Assembly: GCF_006345805.1 (NCBI RefSeq)
Contig: NC_043006.1
Location: 105,524,001-105,588,000 of the forward strand
Direction of reading: 5' to 3'
From: Octopus sinensis
Taxonomy: Eukaryota
Length of the DNA: 64,000 nt
Shown: positions 29,592 to 43,149 of the stretch, piece after piece
Layout of the letters: every line of letters starts with the position of its first letter
How positions within the stretch are numbered: position 1 is the first letter of the stretch
Made by a program: the position numbers and the translations under genes
Notes under the pieces: generated by a model
Told to the model about the DNA's origin: nothing
Databases searched by the model: none
What the model saw: the letters and a program-made list of their open reading frames with translations, nothing else

Positions 29592-30299
29592 ATATTCTCT
29601 ATATATATATATATATATATATACATACCATCATACCATCATACCATCCCGCATTCTCTTATCATTCTCTATTCTTTTCTTTCTCCTCCTTCTTCGTATT
29701 CTTCCTCTCCGCCACCTCCTTCCTTACTTTACTACTACTGTTGTTTACAATAATACCTACGCAAATAATATAACAATACATTCAAAAGAGATATCTCAAG
29801 AATTTCAATCACTACTACCACCCACAACAAATCACTTTGAGGGCACTTCACCATTTAACCTCCTACTTCTATCATAGCACTCCCGCATTATTCTTTTCCT
29901 CCTCCTTCTTCTACTTCTTCTTTTTCTTCTTCTCTGCCATGAATTCACAACGACCTCGAACTCACAAGAGTAAACAAGAGAGACAGAGACAGGCAGAAGC
30001 AAGGAACATGTCCTTTGTATTTTACAACTATGCAAATATTCTTTTAAAAACTTTTCATTTAATTTTTCCTGGATTTAATTGTTTTCCAGTTGAAGAAGTC
30101 TCAATGACTGAAACTGATACTGAAATGATCTTTATAAAATCATTTTACCATTTTCTACCTTCGCTTTTTTCTATATATACATATATATATATATATATTT
30201 ATATATTTACACACACAAACAAACACACACACACACACACACACACACCACACACATATATATATATACATGTATAGAGTAACATGTATAGAGTACATA

Positions 30300-30705
30300 A
30301 CATGGCAGTCCTAGTTAGGATGAGTGCTACTGCTATTTAGCCCCAGGAATCATCTTCTCCAGATGCCTATACAACACACTATCTGTGTCCTTATATTTTC
30401 GGACAAAGGAGATTAGCATCCCCACCCAGCACAAAATGTCTGTGTATTGCGATTTCTGGGTTATATCTCTTCAACAGCTCAGAATAACTGATCGACAAGA
30501 GGTGGGGCTACTAAATTTTTGTTCGAAATATATAGTTTGTCAAAGTGACACACAGTTACTGATCGAATGAAATAGAAAATTACTATTTCTAAATCTCTCA
30601 ACGGGAGACGCTGGATAACAGTACTCTAGAGTAAGATTATTTGCCAACATAATGTAGTAGTCCTGGTTAAGACGAATGTTACTGCTATTTAGCTCCAGGA
30701 AACAT
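30300..30705. repeat. Two diverged direct copies of a ~50-bp retroposon-tail-like motif
   Basis: gtcctagttaggatgagtgctactgctatttagccccagga (about 30308) versus gtcctggttaagacgaatgttactgctatttagctccagga (about 30660). Confidence 0.5.
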
Positions 30706-30733
30706 ATGCCCGTATATATATATGCATATACGC

Positions 30734-30773
<40 letters not shown>

Positions 30774-30798
30774 ACACACACACACAGATATCTATATA

Positions 30799-30857
<59 letters not shown>

Positions 30858-31025
30858 GTATATATGCGGTGCTCTAGCATAGCCACAAATGACTGAAACT
30901 CGTAAAAGCAAGTAAAAGAATATATGCATACATACAGCGTTTACACATATGCTTATATATATTCTTAGATAGATAATAGATAGATAGATAGATAGATACA
31001 GATATGCATACATACATACATACAT

Positions 31026-31062
<37 letters not shown>

Positions 31063-31461
31063 TAGTCAGACAGAGATGAGGAAGGACAGCGAAAAGAATG
31101 TGAAAACGTTTTCTGAGTGCATTCATTTTATTTTAAATGTTCTTTTCCTCTCAGTTTTGCAGTTTCATTGTAGGAAACTACGATTGCAGGAAGAACCGTT
31201 GGTTATGTCAGTTCTACATTTCGGCGACGGAGACAGAAACATTAACTGCCAATCATTAAAGTGTGGTCGTCGTCGTTGTCATCACTGCCCTCAGCGCCAC
31301 AATCTTCATCACACTCGTCATAATCATCGCTTTCTTGATAATTGCAATCATGATGTCAGCACCGACGTCAGCATTGAAGTCGTCATCGATGTTGTCGTCC
31401 TCAACGCCTCCGCCATTTCCACCCACCCCCATCTCCACCACTACCACCACCACCACCACCA

Positions 31462-31492
<31 letters not shown>

Positions 31493-31546
31493 CTCACCAT
31501 CACCACCAACGCGACCATCATTAACATTATCATCAACATAATGCTG

Positions 31547-31955
31547 CGAGCTGGCAGAAACGTTAGCACGCCGGGCGAAATGCGTAGCCGTATTTCGTCT
31601 GCCATTACGTTCTGAGTTCAAATTCCGCCGAGGTCGACTTTGCCTTTCATCCTTTCGGGGTCGATAAAATTAAGTACCAGTTACGCACGGGGGTCGATGT
31701 AATCGAATTAATCCGTCGGTGTCCTTGTTTGCCCCCTCTGTGTTTAGCCCCTTGTGGGCAGTAAAGAAATAGGTATTTGTCTGCCGCTACGTTCTGAGTC
31801 CAAATTCCGCCGAGGTCGACATTAACTTTCATTCTTTTCGGGGTCGATTAAATAAGTACCAGTTACGCACTGGGGTCGATGTAGGCGACTTGATCTGTTT
31901 ATCTGTCCTTGTTTGTCCCTTCTGTGTATAGCCCCCCGTGGGCGTTAAAAAATAA
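31547..31955 (+). mobile_element. Tandem pair of SINE S2 copies (second lacks the 5' head)
   Basis: acgttctgagt.caaattccgccgaggtcgac..ggggtcgat..aagtaccagttacgcac occurs at about 31608 and again at about 31790. Confidence 0.85.
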
Positions 31956-32289
31956 ACATTATCATCAAGATATCCAACAACAACAAAAACACCAAGAACG
32001 ATAATTGATTACTACTAACATCTTAATGACCATCACAATCATCACCATCACAATCATCATCATCATTATCAATCATTATCATCGTAATCAGCGTCGTCGT
32101 CATCGTCGTCATCAACATTTTTATAACTATCAACGCTATCGCCATCGTCATTGCTGTTGTAGACCACATCGCTATTCTCTTCATCAGCAGAACCACAGCC
32201 GTCAGCATCAACAGAATCAGACCCACCACTACCGACTTTGCTGCTGATTGCTGTTGCTGTTGCTGTTGAGCGAAGCGGTCTTCGTCCCA

Positions 32290-32542
32290 GAGCTCGCAAG
32301 ATGGGAGAAGTCCGAAACGTGGTCCTTTGCTATTCGTAAGACCCGCAGAAGAGAAAGCAGGTCAACCCCGACACCGAGAGCATCGGTGGATGGATGAATG
32401 CGCATCCAGGCTCAGCGGTTGCGTAGGAAGTTGGGGACAAGAAACAGGAAGAAAGAGTGAGAGAAAGTTGGAGCGAAAGACTACAACAGGGGTCGCCACC
32501 ACCCCTGCCGGAGCCTGGTGGAGCTTTAGGTGTTTTCGCTCA
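32290..32542 (-). mobile_element. SINE family S1 body (headless)
   Basis: gaagaaagagtgagagaaag..gactacaacagggg..ccggagcc..gagctttaggtgttttcgctca is homologous to 540-625. Confidence 0.75.
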
Positions 32543-32599
32543 GCTGCTGCTTGTTGTTGAATATCAGTATCGCAGCAGCCATTAGCGCCGACAGAATTC

Positions 32600-33741
32600 A
32601 TTAACAAAGTCACCATTTTCCAATCACCACTGCCACGATGGTAACGTCGTCATCCAACAGAACCATCACTGATATCATCATCTCAACAACATCAACAACA
32701 ACAACAACAACAGTCACAACGGTGTAAAGCATCACCGCCGCCGCAAAGTCACCTTTAACAAACAGTCATACCAGGAAAAAAATCACAAGAGCAGTAACTT
32801 CCCACTAACAACAGCGGCGTTGCCGTCCTCGCCACCACCACCACCACCACCACCGCCACCTCTAGCTTCATCATCATCATCATCAACCTCATAACCACCA
32901 ACAACAACAACACAATCCTCCTCCTCCGCCTCCTCCTCCTCATCATCATCAACCTCATAACCACTATCAACAACAACCTTCATCATCATCATCAACCTCA
33001 TAACCATCAACAACAGCAATAACACCATCTTCCTCCTCCTAAACTAAAAAAAGGGGAGCTAAAATACCACCATACTAGGAGGAAATGATAATACTGTCAA
33101 TAAGAACAACAGAAAGAGAAACAACGACGATGCCGACATTACAGCGAAACAACCACGTCCGCAACGATGAAGAGGGCGGCAAAGTAAAGAGTCACCACCA
33201 TGAGTAGCTCTACCACCGCGGCCGCCTCTGCTACCACCAAGAACAGTGGAGGCGCAATGGCCCAGTGGTTAGGGCAGCGGACTCGCGGTCGTATGAACGC
33301 GGTTTCGATTCCCAGACCGGGCATTGTGAGGGTTTATTAAGCAAAAACACCTAAGCTCCACGTGGCTTCGCCGGGGGTGGATGGTGAACCCCGCGGTACT
33401 CTTTCACCACAACTTTCTCTCACTCTTTCCTTCTACTTCTTCCACAAATCAGAGGAACCATGGTGTAACCCACTGTGGTGTGGGCAACTTTCAGACCCTA
33501 GTCTAGATTGCGAATCCTCTGCACCCCAGGATGTTTCAGCTCTCCATCCGTTAAAAGCCACCGTTTACAGAATGAGGATACCAACGTAGCTTTCGCACCC
33601 GTACAACCGCCGGTCTATCGCGTGTGGTGGGTGGATCTCCAAGTTGCCACAGACACTCTTAGTAGCTTAGAGTAGGTTCGAATTAGAGATTATTCTTTGT
33701 GGCTAATGGCGTGAGTCCTGATTGGAATAATAATAATAATA

Positions 33742-33796
<55 letters not shown>

Positions 33797-34328
33797 AAGA
33801 AGACAGCAACAACAACGTTATGACCACCACCAACAATAATATTGAAAACCATGACGACGGCGACGACACCACTACAAACAACCACCACCAACAACAACAC
33901 CAATAATAATGGTAGCAGCGGCATCACACCGCAGCAGACAACAAAAAAATCACCGCCACCAACACCGCTACCACCAATACCCACCACCACAAACCGACGC
34001 AACAATCTCCGCCGTCAACACCTACCACTGCTATCAGCATCACTGCCACCACCTCAACCGCCACCACCAGAACTGCCACCATCACAACCACCGCCGCTGC
34101 ATCATCGCTACCACCATCACCCCACCACAAACCGACACTACCACCACCACCGCCGCCACAACCATCGCCGCCGCCAACACCACCGTCACCACCACCGGTG
34201 CCGCCATCACCTCCACCATCATCACCGCCATCACAATCGCCGCCATCACCATTAACGCCACCACGACAACCACCGCCACCACTAACGAATAACATCACCA
34301 GCACAACCAACTCCAAAAACATCATCAT

Positions 34329-34361
<33 letters not shown>

Positions 34362-34380
34362 TTATAACAACAACAACAGC
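32600..34380. repeat. Degenerate trinucleotide field (CAC/CAA/CAT/AAT)n with an embedded SINE
   Basis: Directly visible low complexity. Confidence 0.85.
33246..33440 (+). mobile_element. tRNA-derived SINE family S1
   Basis: gtggaggcgcaatggcccagtggttagggcagcggactcgcgg..gtttcgattcccagaccggg, near-identical to the minus-strand head ending at 717. Confidence 0.85.
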
Positions 34381-34975
34381 GCCTGGAAATGCAGCCATTA
34401 TTTCTGTAGGTTTGGACGTCTGTTTATCAACTAAGAGAGAACGGCTGGGCTTTTTCGGAATATTAATGTTATCAAGTCATCTTCAGATTGTCATGCGAAT
34501 CTATCTTTTTGGTCAATTGGTTTGCAAAATTGAAATTATCTAGCGTAACAAATTAATGGCGGTATTGATTGCATTTTATTAGTGAAATTCAATATAAATG
34601 TTAATCAAATAAAATCAAAATAAAAATTTTGTAATTCTCATATCTTTTCCACTTCGATTGCTTATGAATCCCACCCGATGGAATTAGACAACTGAACAGC
34701 GTTGCAAATTCTTCACCGCTACCAGACACCGCTACCACGAGCGCCACAACCATCAGAATTGTTATACCATTTTTTTTTACCAGAATACTTTCTTTTTCTT
34801 ACTTTCTTTATTGCTTGCTTTCTTCTTCCTTCTTGCCTTCCTTCCTTCCTTTCTTTCTTTCTTTCAAGTTTTTATTTAATTCTATCTCCTCAGGTCTTTG
34901 GCGTTCCTTTTGTTTATTTTTCCCTGTTTTCTGAACACTTTCTAAAACACACACACACATACACGAAGTCTAAAA

Positions 34976-35010
<35 letters not shown>

Positions 35011-35380
35011 TGATACTCGTACACTGCGTGTACTCACGCGAACACAAACGCGAAAACACGAACACTGACGAAGACAGAAACACATGAATGTATGCAAGGT
35101 TTTGTGTGCGTATGTGGCAATATATGTGTCAGAATGTGCGTGCGTGCGTGTATATGTATATATGTATGTGTGTGTGTGTGTATACGTTCGTTAGTGTGTG
35201 AGTGCATATTATATATATATATATATATGTGTGTGTGTGGTATGTGTAATATATATATATATATATAATATATATATAGATATAGAGAGAGAGAGAGAGG
35301 TAGGTAGGTAGATAGATCGATATGCATATTTGAAGATATACACCCAGTTACATATATACACACACATTCATATATACACA

Positions 35381-35429
<49 letters not shown>

Positions 35430-35449
35430 GGGGAGAGAGGAGAGTATCT

Positions 35450-35499
<50 letters not shown>

Positions 35500-35569
35500 A
35501 TATATATGATATTTACATATATATAGAACTTTTGAGTAATTTAACGAATTTGCCGTCGTTCTCTTTCTG

Positions 35570-35606
<37 letters not shown>

Positions 35607-35760
35607 CTCTCTCTTTCTCTCGTTGACAAACATTTGAGAAGACAACAGAAGAGACTGTAAAAATATATGACTGCGTAAGTTTCACTGCTTGGTTAGATGT
35701 ATATTTCGGATAATATTTACGCTTATCAATAATATGTATGAATATTTGCGCGCGCGCGTG

Positions 35761-35808
<48 letters not shown>

Positions 35809-35828
35809 CTATATATATATATATATAT

Positions 35829-35860
<32 letters not shown>

Positions 35861-37311
35861 TGTATGTATGTATGTATATATATAAGTATATACGGAGACA
35901 AAGAACGAGGAGGAGGGAGTGAGAGTAAACTGTTCGTGCATGAATATGTGTGTGTATGTGTGTGTGTGTGTGTGTTTGGGTGTGGCTGTGTAAACATTCA
36001 GGTGCCTGTATGCGCCTTTACAATGGAAATTTTGAACTTTTATGAATATCAGTGAAGTGAAGCGAAAAAGTAGCAAAGCGTTAAGTTCCCAGACACACAT
36101 ATTCACACGCACTTACATATATATATATATAAGCATAGATATACACACACGCACACATATACACATGCATACATGAACATGCACATATGTACGCATCCGT
36201 TGCTGCATGAATCCGCACAATCATTTATAGAAATAAATAAATGCAAAGTAAACAAAACTCCATATAAGCTTTTTACAGCGGCGTCGAAGATCTGAAAAAT
36301 GTTTGTAGTCTTTGAGCTGTAATTATTATTATTATTATTATCATTGACGTTCTTTATGCTATCTTTCTTGACTTGTCTAGTTATTGTAACACTCCGCTAT
36401 CTGTATGTGTGTATAAGTATCTATCTGCAGGCAAATACATAGATACAAATAGACAGACAGACAGACAAACGCATGCACACACGCACAGTACTCATAATCT
36501 CCCACACATTTATATTGTATATCACAGATGTACACGGACACATAAAAAAGCATATATGCATATAAATATATACATATATATATGTGTGTGTGTGTGTGTA
36601 TGTGTGTATGTATATGTATATACATTATACATATACGTGAGTATATATAGTTTTAGTAGAAAAAACAGACATAGAACTCAATACTTGCGTAAATGTAATT
36701 CCGTATTTTCAAACCATTATGTGTATGAGTGTGCGTGTGCTGGTGTGCGTGTCTGTGGATAAATAGATATTATACACACACACGCACGCGCACACACGCA
36801 CGCGCGCACACACACACACATACACATGAGCATTATAAAAATCTTCGACAATATAATAGTTTTAATTTTTATAAATTTGCTTCCCTATATGACAGATTTA
36901 ATCTACATATGACATTTAGACCCATAGTTCATTTATTTTATCATCATGAAATTTAGAAAAAAAGAAAATTTGTGTAATTGGTTCTTAATTTCAAAAAATT
37001 AATAATAAATTCAATTTCATTTTATAGAGTCATGTAAAAGACAACCGTTTAATGTTTGTTCAAATCAAATTCGTTTTTAGATGATTGCATATTAGGATAA
37101 AGAATTAGATTCACAGTCGAAGAGGAAATCAGGAACACGTCAGAATATAATTCAAAAGATCTAGAGCACATCTACTCCGGACATGTTAGAAATGAACTCT
37201 CTCAATAATTAGTCTCTATATCTACAAAACTGCTGATTTTTATTTCACAGATTAATTCTGCCGTATAGAATGTTAATATTTGTATTTAATATGATACAAG
37301 AGTTTATGGAC

Positions 37312-37490
37312 GGCGAGCTGGCAGAATCGTTAGCGGCATACCATCCATTTTTACGTCCTGAGTTCAAATGCTGCCGAGGTCGAACTTTCCTGCTTTATGA
37401 AATAAGTAACACTTGAACACTGGGTCGATGTAATTAACTAAGCCCTTTCCTCAAATCTCCTGTTCTTGTGCCGAAATTTGAAACTAATAT
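37312..37490 (+). mobile_element. SINE family S2
   Basis: ggcgagctggcagaatcgttagc head plus S2 core. Confidence 0.8.
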
Positions 37491-37719
37491 GATGAAATGA
37501 TTTAAATGAGTTCTTTATGCAGCACCTGGGGAATGTTTCTTTTAGTATAGATGCGAGCCGACGAAAGCCTTGTGAAGCCTGTTGTACACACACACACGCG
37601 CAAAAAGGTGAACGAGAAGACGAACGGTGGACAAGAGAAAAGGAAAGAGAAAGAAATACAGAGACACGCCACGCACACACACACACACATACACACACAC
37701 AGATTCACAGAAGGCGACG

Positions 37720-38590
37720 AAGCGTTTTCCTGATGACTGGAGCGAGGCAACTCTTCTACGTTTCTTCAAAAAAGGTAATAGAAAGCTGTGTTCCAACCAT
37801 TGATGCATCAGCTTGATCGATGTGGCTACCAAAACCTTTGCAATCCTTCTTCTGAAGAGGCTCAAGGCCATCCGTGATGTCCGTACCCGTCCTTCTCGGG
37901 GCGGCTTCCTTCCCGGAAGAGGGTGCGTTGATCAAAGCTTCAGTCTCCAGCGAGTCCTGGATCAGCGGTGGGCGCACCAACAACCTACTGTTCTCTGGTT
38001 CATCGATTTTGCGGCTGCCTTCGACTCGGTGGATCGGGAATCCCTCTGGCGAATTATGCAGGCGGAGGGTATACCTGTGAAGCTGTTAAACCTCATACAG
38101 GATTACTATCGTTCAACGTGGGCTCGTGTGAGTGTCTATGGCGGGGAGACGGTGTCGTTTGATGTCACTACCGGTGTTCGACAGGGTTGTGCGCTCTTGC
38201 CAACCCTATTCAATTACGCCATCGATTACATTCTCAACACTGCGCTTCGGGACTACCCGGGAGTAAAGGTCGTGGTGACGGACCTGGGCTACGCAGATGA
38301 CATCACACTCTTGGGCTCTAACCGGGCAGATGTCCAAGATGCTCTCGAAAGGGTGCATAAGGCAGCAGCAGCTGTTGGTCTTCGGATCAATGCTGGCAAA
38401 AACAAAATGATGACGTCTCTGGTCGCAGCAGATGAATGGCAGCTAATCGTTCTCCATGGCTCGCTATCTCCAGTGACCTCGCACAGGATCGTCGAGCGTG
38501 GGGCGCCATGGTTGGTGATGCCGTCAGGACCAAAGAAGAAGCCGGCTCAACCCGCCCTTGGTGAACGCCGTCACAACTACAAGTAAGTAC
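37720..38590 (+). mobile_element. RTE-clade LINE: RT domain fused by internal deletion to the C-terminus and 3' tail
   Basis: FPDDWSEA..FFKKGNRKLCSN, GFLPGRGCVDQ, FIDFAAAFDSVDR, GVRQGCALLP, LGYADDI, GLRIN. Then an abrupt switch to DLAQDRRAWGAMV..STRPW* and a short caagtaagta tail. Confidence 0.85.
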
Positions 38591-38613
38591 ACACACAGGT
38601 ATGTTGTTGCAAG

Positions 38614-38785
38614 GCGGCGAGCTGGCAGAAACGTTAGCACGACGGGCGAAATGCGTAGCCGTATTTCGTCTGCCGTTACGTTCTGAGTTCAAATTCCGCC
38701 GAGGTCGACTTTGCCTTTCAGCCTTTTTGGGTCGATAAACTAAGTACCAGTTACGCACCGGGGTCGATATAATCGACTTAATCCG
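38614..38785 (+). mobile_element. SINE family S2 (near consensus)
   Basis: ggcggcgagctggcagaaacgttagcacgacgggcgaaatgcgtagccgtatttcgtc, nearly identical to 31547. Confidence 0.88.
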
Positions 38786-39617
38786 ATAATAGAACATATC
38801 GCTAGCCACTAGGGGACATCCTCAACTATATGTTTATGAGTATATATGTATGGTTGTCAAATGGTGGTGGAGAGCTGACACAACACAAATATACAACCCA
38901 CATAGTCATATATGTAAGTAGAAAATATTCCAGAGTACATTCTGCCTGTTATGTATTCGTGTTCACTGTGATGAAGCTCCATGTGTTTGATCGGATGTAC
39001 TATAAAGATGAACATTATTCTCATAATTTTATTTTGAGGCACCGCCTGACATTGGTAGTAGAAACGGCTGTAAGTAATGTTGAAGTTTCTTTATTAAAAA
39101 ATAATTAACCGATTGAGGTGAATTTGTTGATGATCAAAATTTTTCTCCATTTTCTGCTTATTTTAAATTTGATTCTTGATAAACTCTTGTTTATTGTTAT
39201 TGCCCGCACCCTATGAGCATAGACTGCTTGCATGCCCAGGGTTAACACAGGTAATTTATACCGATAGTAATAACGGATGTTCTTATCCTTTAGACGGTTA
39301 TTCCAACCGCTGCTCTACTTACCTATATCTATATATATATGTGTGTATGTTTATGTATATGTGTATGAGTGTATGCGTGTGTATGTATCTATGTATGAAT
39401 GTATGTATGTACACAGATACAGACACACAGACACAGACGCATACACACACACACTCACTGATATATATGATTTAATGCACTCAGTATTAAAATAAGTGCT
39501 AGTAATAGTTTCATACCAGGGAGACACGACAACAATATACTACTACTACTACTACTACTACTACTTTAGATGATGACTGTAACAACAGCAACAACAACAA
39601 TAATAATTCTTTCTACT

Positions 39618-39750
39618 ATTGGCACAACGCCAGCAATTTTAGTGCGTAACTGGTACACATTTCACCGACCCCGAAAAGATGAGAGGCAAAATCGACCTCA
39701 GCAGAACGTGAATACAGACAAAAGGCCGCTAAGCATTTTCACAGCCTTAA
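39618..39750 (-). mobile_element. SINE family S2 fragment
   Basis: accgaccccgaaaagatgagaggcaaaatcgacctc..gctaagcatttt, reverse complement of the S2 core. Confidence 0.65.
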
Positions 39751-40009
39751 CAACAATAGCAATATTTTCGATGTATTTCGATTTATATTTGTGGGAAAAT
39801 ACTACATTAATCTCTGAAAGTGTAGATTCTATTTCCTTTTGTATTTTGTTATTAATTGTATTCTTTATAATTGTATCAAATTTTGCGTTTCTGATATTGG
39901 TACCGGTGGTGGTGGGGCTAGTGGTTAGAGCTATGTCAAAGTTGGAGCAGGTCTAATCCTAGGAGTAGTAATAGTTGTTGGATTGCATACATATACGCAT
40001 GTGCATACA

Positions 40010-40545
40010 TCATTATTCAGTTTTCTTCTAAGATTTCTTGCCAATAGAGAAAGAGCCTGATTCTAACCTAGATCCAAAACTCTTTCATTGGAATTTCAAC
40101 AGCATCAAGTTATTTTTGAATGTCTGTATGAAAGCATGAATGTATGGATGTATATGTTCCGATTTTGATGGGGTGTTTTATGTGTTTATTCTTATGCTTA
40201 TAGCTGCATGTCTAGACATGCGCATATATTCTTAAGTGATAAACTTCTGGAATGCTTTACAGATTTTTAAAGTTTCAGTGATGGCTTGAATCTGTAATCT
40301 TCAATTCAGCTTTCTTGTTTCTGGTTTTGAGATGGCTAATTCCTCAAGACTAGTATTTAGGCAGTGTGTTACATACCCCAACGCCCCAGTAATTACAGGT
40401 GTAAACCTGAACTTGTAATCTGGGTAGAGTAACTGTAGAATTCTTAATAGTTCAGCGTAGATATTTTCTTTTTTGTTTATCTTTAGCTTTATGTTAACAT
40501 CCGCTGGGCAGCTGATTTCCACAACTGTACACAGATTCTCTTCTC
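40010..40545 (-). mobile_element. R4/Dong-type LINE 3' fragment (REL domain + 3' UTR)
   Basis: EISCPADVNI..KENIYAELLRILQLLYPDYKFRFTPVITGALGYV; homologous to 1791-2021. Confidence 0.8.
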
Positions 40546-40620
40546 TATCTCATGTATGTATGTATGTATGTATGTATGTATGTATGTATGTATGTATGTA
40601 TGTATGTATGTATGTATGTC

Positions 40621-41170
40621 AGGTCACTTTCGAGTGCTACTGGTAACATGTAACCCAGTACAACCTGTTGCATGGTCGGGTCGTCGGTGACTAAACCGGC
40701 AACCCCACCAAGCTTGCTTGGTGAGGAAGGCGTTTATTGGACACCCTGCAGGATGAAAAACAAAACTCGTCAAAGGGCGGAGGAACTCTTGAGAGTCATC
40801 GGCCATCCAATAAATGTATTAAGGATGTATCATGCGCGGGGACATAGAAATAATCAGACTGAATACCTGATCGCGCGGTTAAGCCATTGGGAGTGAAGGA
40901 CTCCCAGCCTTTGTTAGGGCATCCTTCTAGGAGAAGGTAACTCAGGAAACTGGGATAACTCCGACATAAAACCTGCGGCTCAGTGGTTGCCGATGATGTT
41001 GACTTGTTCTTCTTTTCGGATTATGGCTGCTGTTGCTTAGTGAGTGGGATTGACTCAGTGCACAGCCTTTCCTCAATTTAAAAAATATCTTCTTGCACAG
41101 GCATTGCACGATAACAACATTGATTAAGCTTCGTGCAATGGCCATACTCGATAACGAGGGGGCAGCCACC
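40621..41170 (+). mobile_element. 550-bp non-coding element embedded in (TATG)n, probably a non-autonomous retroelement (RTE-like 5' UTR motif)
   Basis: Sharp boundaries against (TATG)n on both sides. Contains cctttgttagggcatccttctaggagaaggtaactc, which resembles RTE 5' UTR sequence (recognised from memory). No long ORF. Confidence 0.55.
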
Positions 41171-41699
41171 ATGTATGTATGTATGTATGTATGTATGTAT
41201 GTATGTATGTATGTATGTATGTATGTATGTATGTATGTACGTATGTATGTATGAATGTATCTATGTATTATGTATGTATGTATGTATGTATGTATGTATG
41301 TATGTATGTATGTATGAATGTATCTATGTATTATGTATGTATGTATGTATGTATGTATGTATGTATGTATGTATGCAAATTTATGTATTTTCATGCATAT
41401 AGTAGCATATCTAGACATGCTCAATACACACAGGCATGACAGAAGTAAATAGTCTCCCCATAAAACGATGTTTTATGTTTATTTTATCTTCAAAGGGTTT
41501 ATATTTTGTATTAATTGACATGTTTGTGTTTCAGGTTCTATGTGTGACTGTTTAATCATGCCACGTACAAAAAAAAGCCTTGTAACTCTCCAAATTTCAA
41601 AGAGGCCGTATTGTGGGTCAATCTGGAAGTGGACATAGTCAACGTAAAGTCGCAGAAAACATCGGCATTCATTAGATATTCAAATTATAATAACTAAGA

Positions 41700-42535
41700 A
41701 ATAATTTGGATGTATAATTTCAGATTTAAATAAACTTTAACGATTGTAAGGGTGTCTATTTACTTCTGTCATATATAATGATAAACTTCAGGGAAGTTTT
41801 ACAGATTTTTACAGTTCCAGTGATGGATTAGCTTTGTAGTCTTCGAATCAACTTTCTCCTTTCTGGTTTTCAGAAGCCTAATTCCTCAAGATCGAAGTTT
41901 AGGCAGTGTGTTACATATCCCAGTGCCCCGATAATTACAGGTGTAAACCTGAACTTGTAATCTAGATAGAGTAACTGCAGATTTCTCTATAGTTTACTGG
42001 TCTTTACCCTTATGCTAACATCCACTGGACAGCTGATTCCCACAATTGTACACAGCTACTCTTCTGTATCCCAAATCAGGATCTTTTCGGTTTGAACGGC
42101 AGTTTTTTCTAGCGGTGTCATATGAAATTGTCACCCATAATTATTACCCTATTATCGATCTATTGTATTTCAGTCTGTTTTAGGTTTAGGGTTAGTTAGG
42201 GTTAGGGGTGGTGGAAGGGTATCTTTTTTCTTCACAAATGTAAATAAACCCAATCTGTTTCTTAAACGAGGGACATATTCATACGGCACAGAATGCTTTG
42301 TAACTCAATAGACGTCACTGATTGGTTGAAATTGCAGAAATTGAAGAAAAAAACAACAACACATATCTTACAAACTATAGAATTTTCTCAATAAAGCCAA
42401 GAGAAAAAGATGCTTTATAAACACATTCTACCAGTATACGAAGTTTAAATTTTTTTTAGTTACATAGAAATTATGTTAAAAACTGCTGTTCAAACCGAAA
42501 ATATCCCCAAATCATTATATCAGGTCTATTGAGGG
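41700..42535 (-). mobile_element. R4/Dong-type LINE 3' fragment interrupted by a MITE
   Basis: 41820-42070 is homologous to 40270-40535. Removing 42079-42514 restores aatagacctgatataatgatttgggatacagaagag = NRPDIMIWDTEE, the PD motif of the REL nuclease. Confidence 0.8.
42079..42506. mobile_element. MITE with 29-bp GG...CC TIRs and 8-bp TSD (Merlin-like)
   Basis: TIRs ggatcttttcggtttgaacggcagttttt and aaaaactgctgttcaaaccgaaaatatcc (27/29). TSD CCAAATCA at 42071-42078 and 42507-42514. Confidence 0.85.
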
Positions 42536-43149
42536 TATGTATATATGTAGTTATGCACGTGCGCATGTATGTAAACAATCCTTTTCGTGAATGTTTGTGT
42601 AGTTGGGGATACTTGTGTACTTATGAAAACTGTGGGAGTAATGGCACCAACAATTTTTTTATATTTATCTTTATACTTTTTGTGCGGGCGCACGCACACG
42701 CACACATGTGTGTGTATATCTCTGTCTATATATATATATGCGTATATTTATGAATGTATATGTGTGTATACATGTGTGAGTGTGTGCGTCTGCGTGTGAG
42801 TGCGTGTCTGTGTGTGTATGTATGTATGTATGTATGTATGTATGTATGTATGTATGTATGTATACTCACTCATATATTTTTATAAGGATCGTTTATTCAC
42901 TGCCTCATTCGTTGTTTTTATTCCGAAAAAAATTTGCATCACTTATGGAAAAAATAGAAACATAATCACTTAGACATGGTTCCATACCTAAACATGCATA
43001 AAGTCACACAGACACACATGTATATATATGATATATAAATATCTATTATATAATGAATATTTGAGGGAATATAAATCCAAACTTACAGGGAAAAAAATTC
43101 AATTTAGAAATACTAAATCAAATTTCATACAATATAATATATATATATA

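Noticed and set aside
31547-31955. Regularly recurring ~30-bp motifs resembling a CRISPR array
   Set aside because: Eukaryotic context; these are tandem SINE copies with homologous rather than unique spacers.
35640-35685. Possible micro-exon ending gactgc|gtaagt after a CT-rich tract
   Set aside because: The pyrimidine tract is a (CT)n microsatellite and such sites arise by chance.
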